Below, one piece after another: positions 63,519 to 64,000 of a DNA stretch of 64,000 bases; within the stretch, counting starts at the first letter, position 1; every line of letters starts with the position of its first letter. The stretch covers positions 159,838,001 to 159,902,000 of the forward strand of contig NC_086097.1 of assembly GCF_963921235.1 (NCBI RefSeq). Reading direction: 5' to 3'. The notes beneath the pieces were generated by a model. The model was not told the DNA's origin and did no database searches. It saw nothing but the letters and a program-made list of their open reading frames with translations. The translations under genes and the position numbers were made by a program. This DNA comes from Mobula hypostoma (Eukaryota).

Positions 63519-64000
63519 TATAATACCACTATTGTAGAAAGAAGTGTGTCTAAGCAATTAATATTCTGGCCATGTTGATTGAATCATTTTGACCTTAGGT
63601 GCTGTCTTTGTGGAATTTACGTGTTTTTCCTAGAACCATGTGGTTTCATGTTTTCTTATGAATAGTTGTGTTTTATTTTTCTGAAGTTAATCGTGACTTC
63701 TTCCAAAATAATATCCATGGAAGCCCTGCTGTTAGAATTACACATCAACTTCACAGAAACCATTAGGTTATTGTTAAAGTTAATCATGAATGCGTTCAGT
63801 TGGGTAATGCTGGAACAGATGCCTTTCAGCTATCAAGGAGGAAGATGTCCACTCAGTAAAGCCACTTGTTCCCCTCTTCAGATCCTCAATGAAGAATTAC
63901 GGATACTCTTTATTGTTCATGCTTGGATACTGGCACATATGCTTGCTGGCAGGGTCAATGTTCATTTCTGCAGATCATCATATTCAGCATGACTCAGTAA

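Noticed and set aside
63666..63992. 108-aa ORF near the window end
   Set aside because: No match to the expected next PTK2 exons or to any protein I recognise.
1..64000. CRISPR arrays, rRNA/tRNA genes or prokaryote-type operons
   Set aside because: No regularly spaced repeat-spacer arrays or intact structural RNA genes seen; the sequence is vertebrate intronic/intergenic DNA.

Overview
AT-rich, repeat-dense eukaryotic DNA with no complete gene. The repeat families look like those of a cartilaginous fish, probably a ray (inferred from recalled family sequences, not from a search). The window contains CR1 and Rex1/Babar-type LINEs, Penelope-like elements with hammerhead-type motifs, V-SINEs, Tigger/Tc1/mariner/hAT DNA transposons, a Gypsy remnant and a solo LTR. 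The only recognisable host coding sequence is one 63-nt exon of focal adhesion kinase (PTK2, FERM F2 lobe; 51698-51760, +). The most striking structure surrounds it. The exon lies in a ~1.97-kb genomic-like segment between two colinear direct-repeat copies of a HERO-like restriction-like-endonuclease (RLE) retroelement. This whole 3.8-kb block (48581-52391) appears to split a single Tigger-family element. That suggests retroelement-mediated capture of a host exon by template jumping, 3' transduction or circle integration, although a native PTK2 locus or a misassembly cannot be excluded. Repeat boundaries are approximate unless terminal inverted repeats (TIRs) or target-site duplications (TSDs) are quoted.
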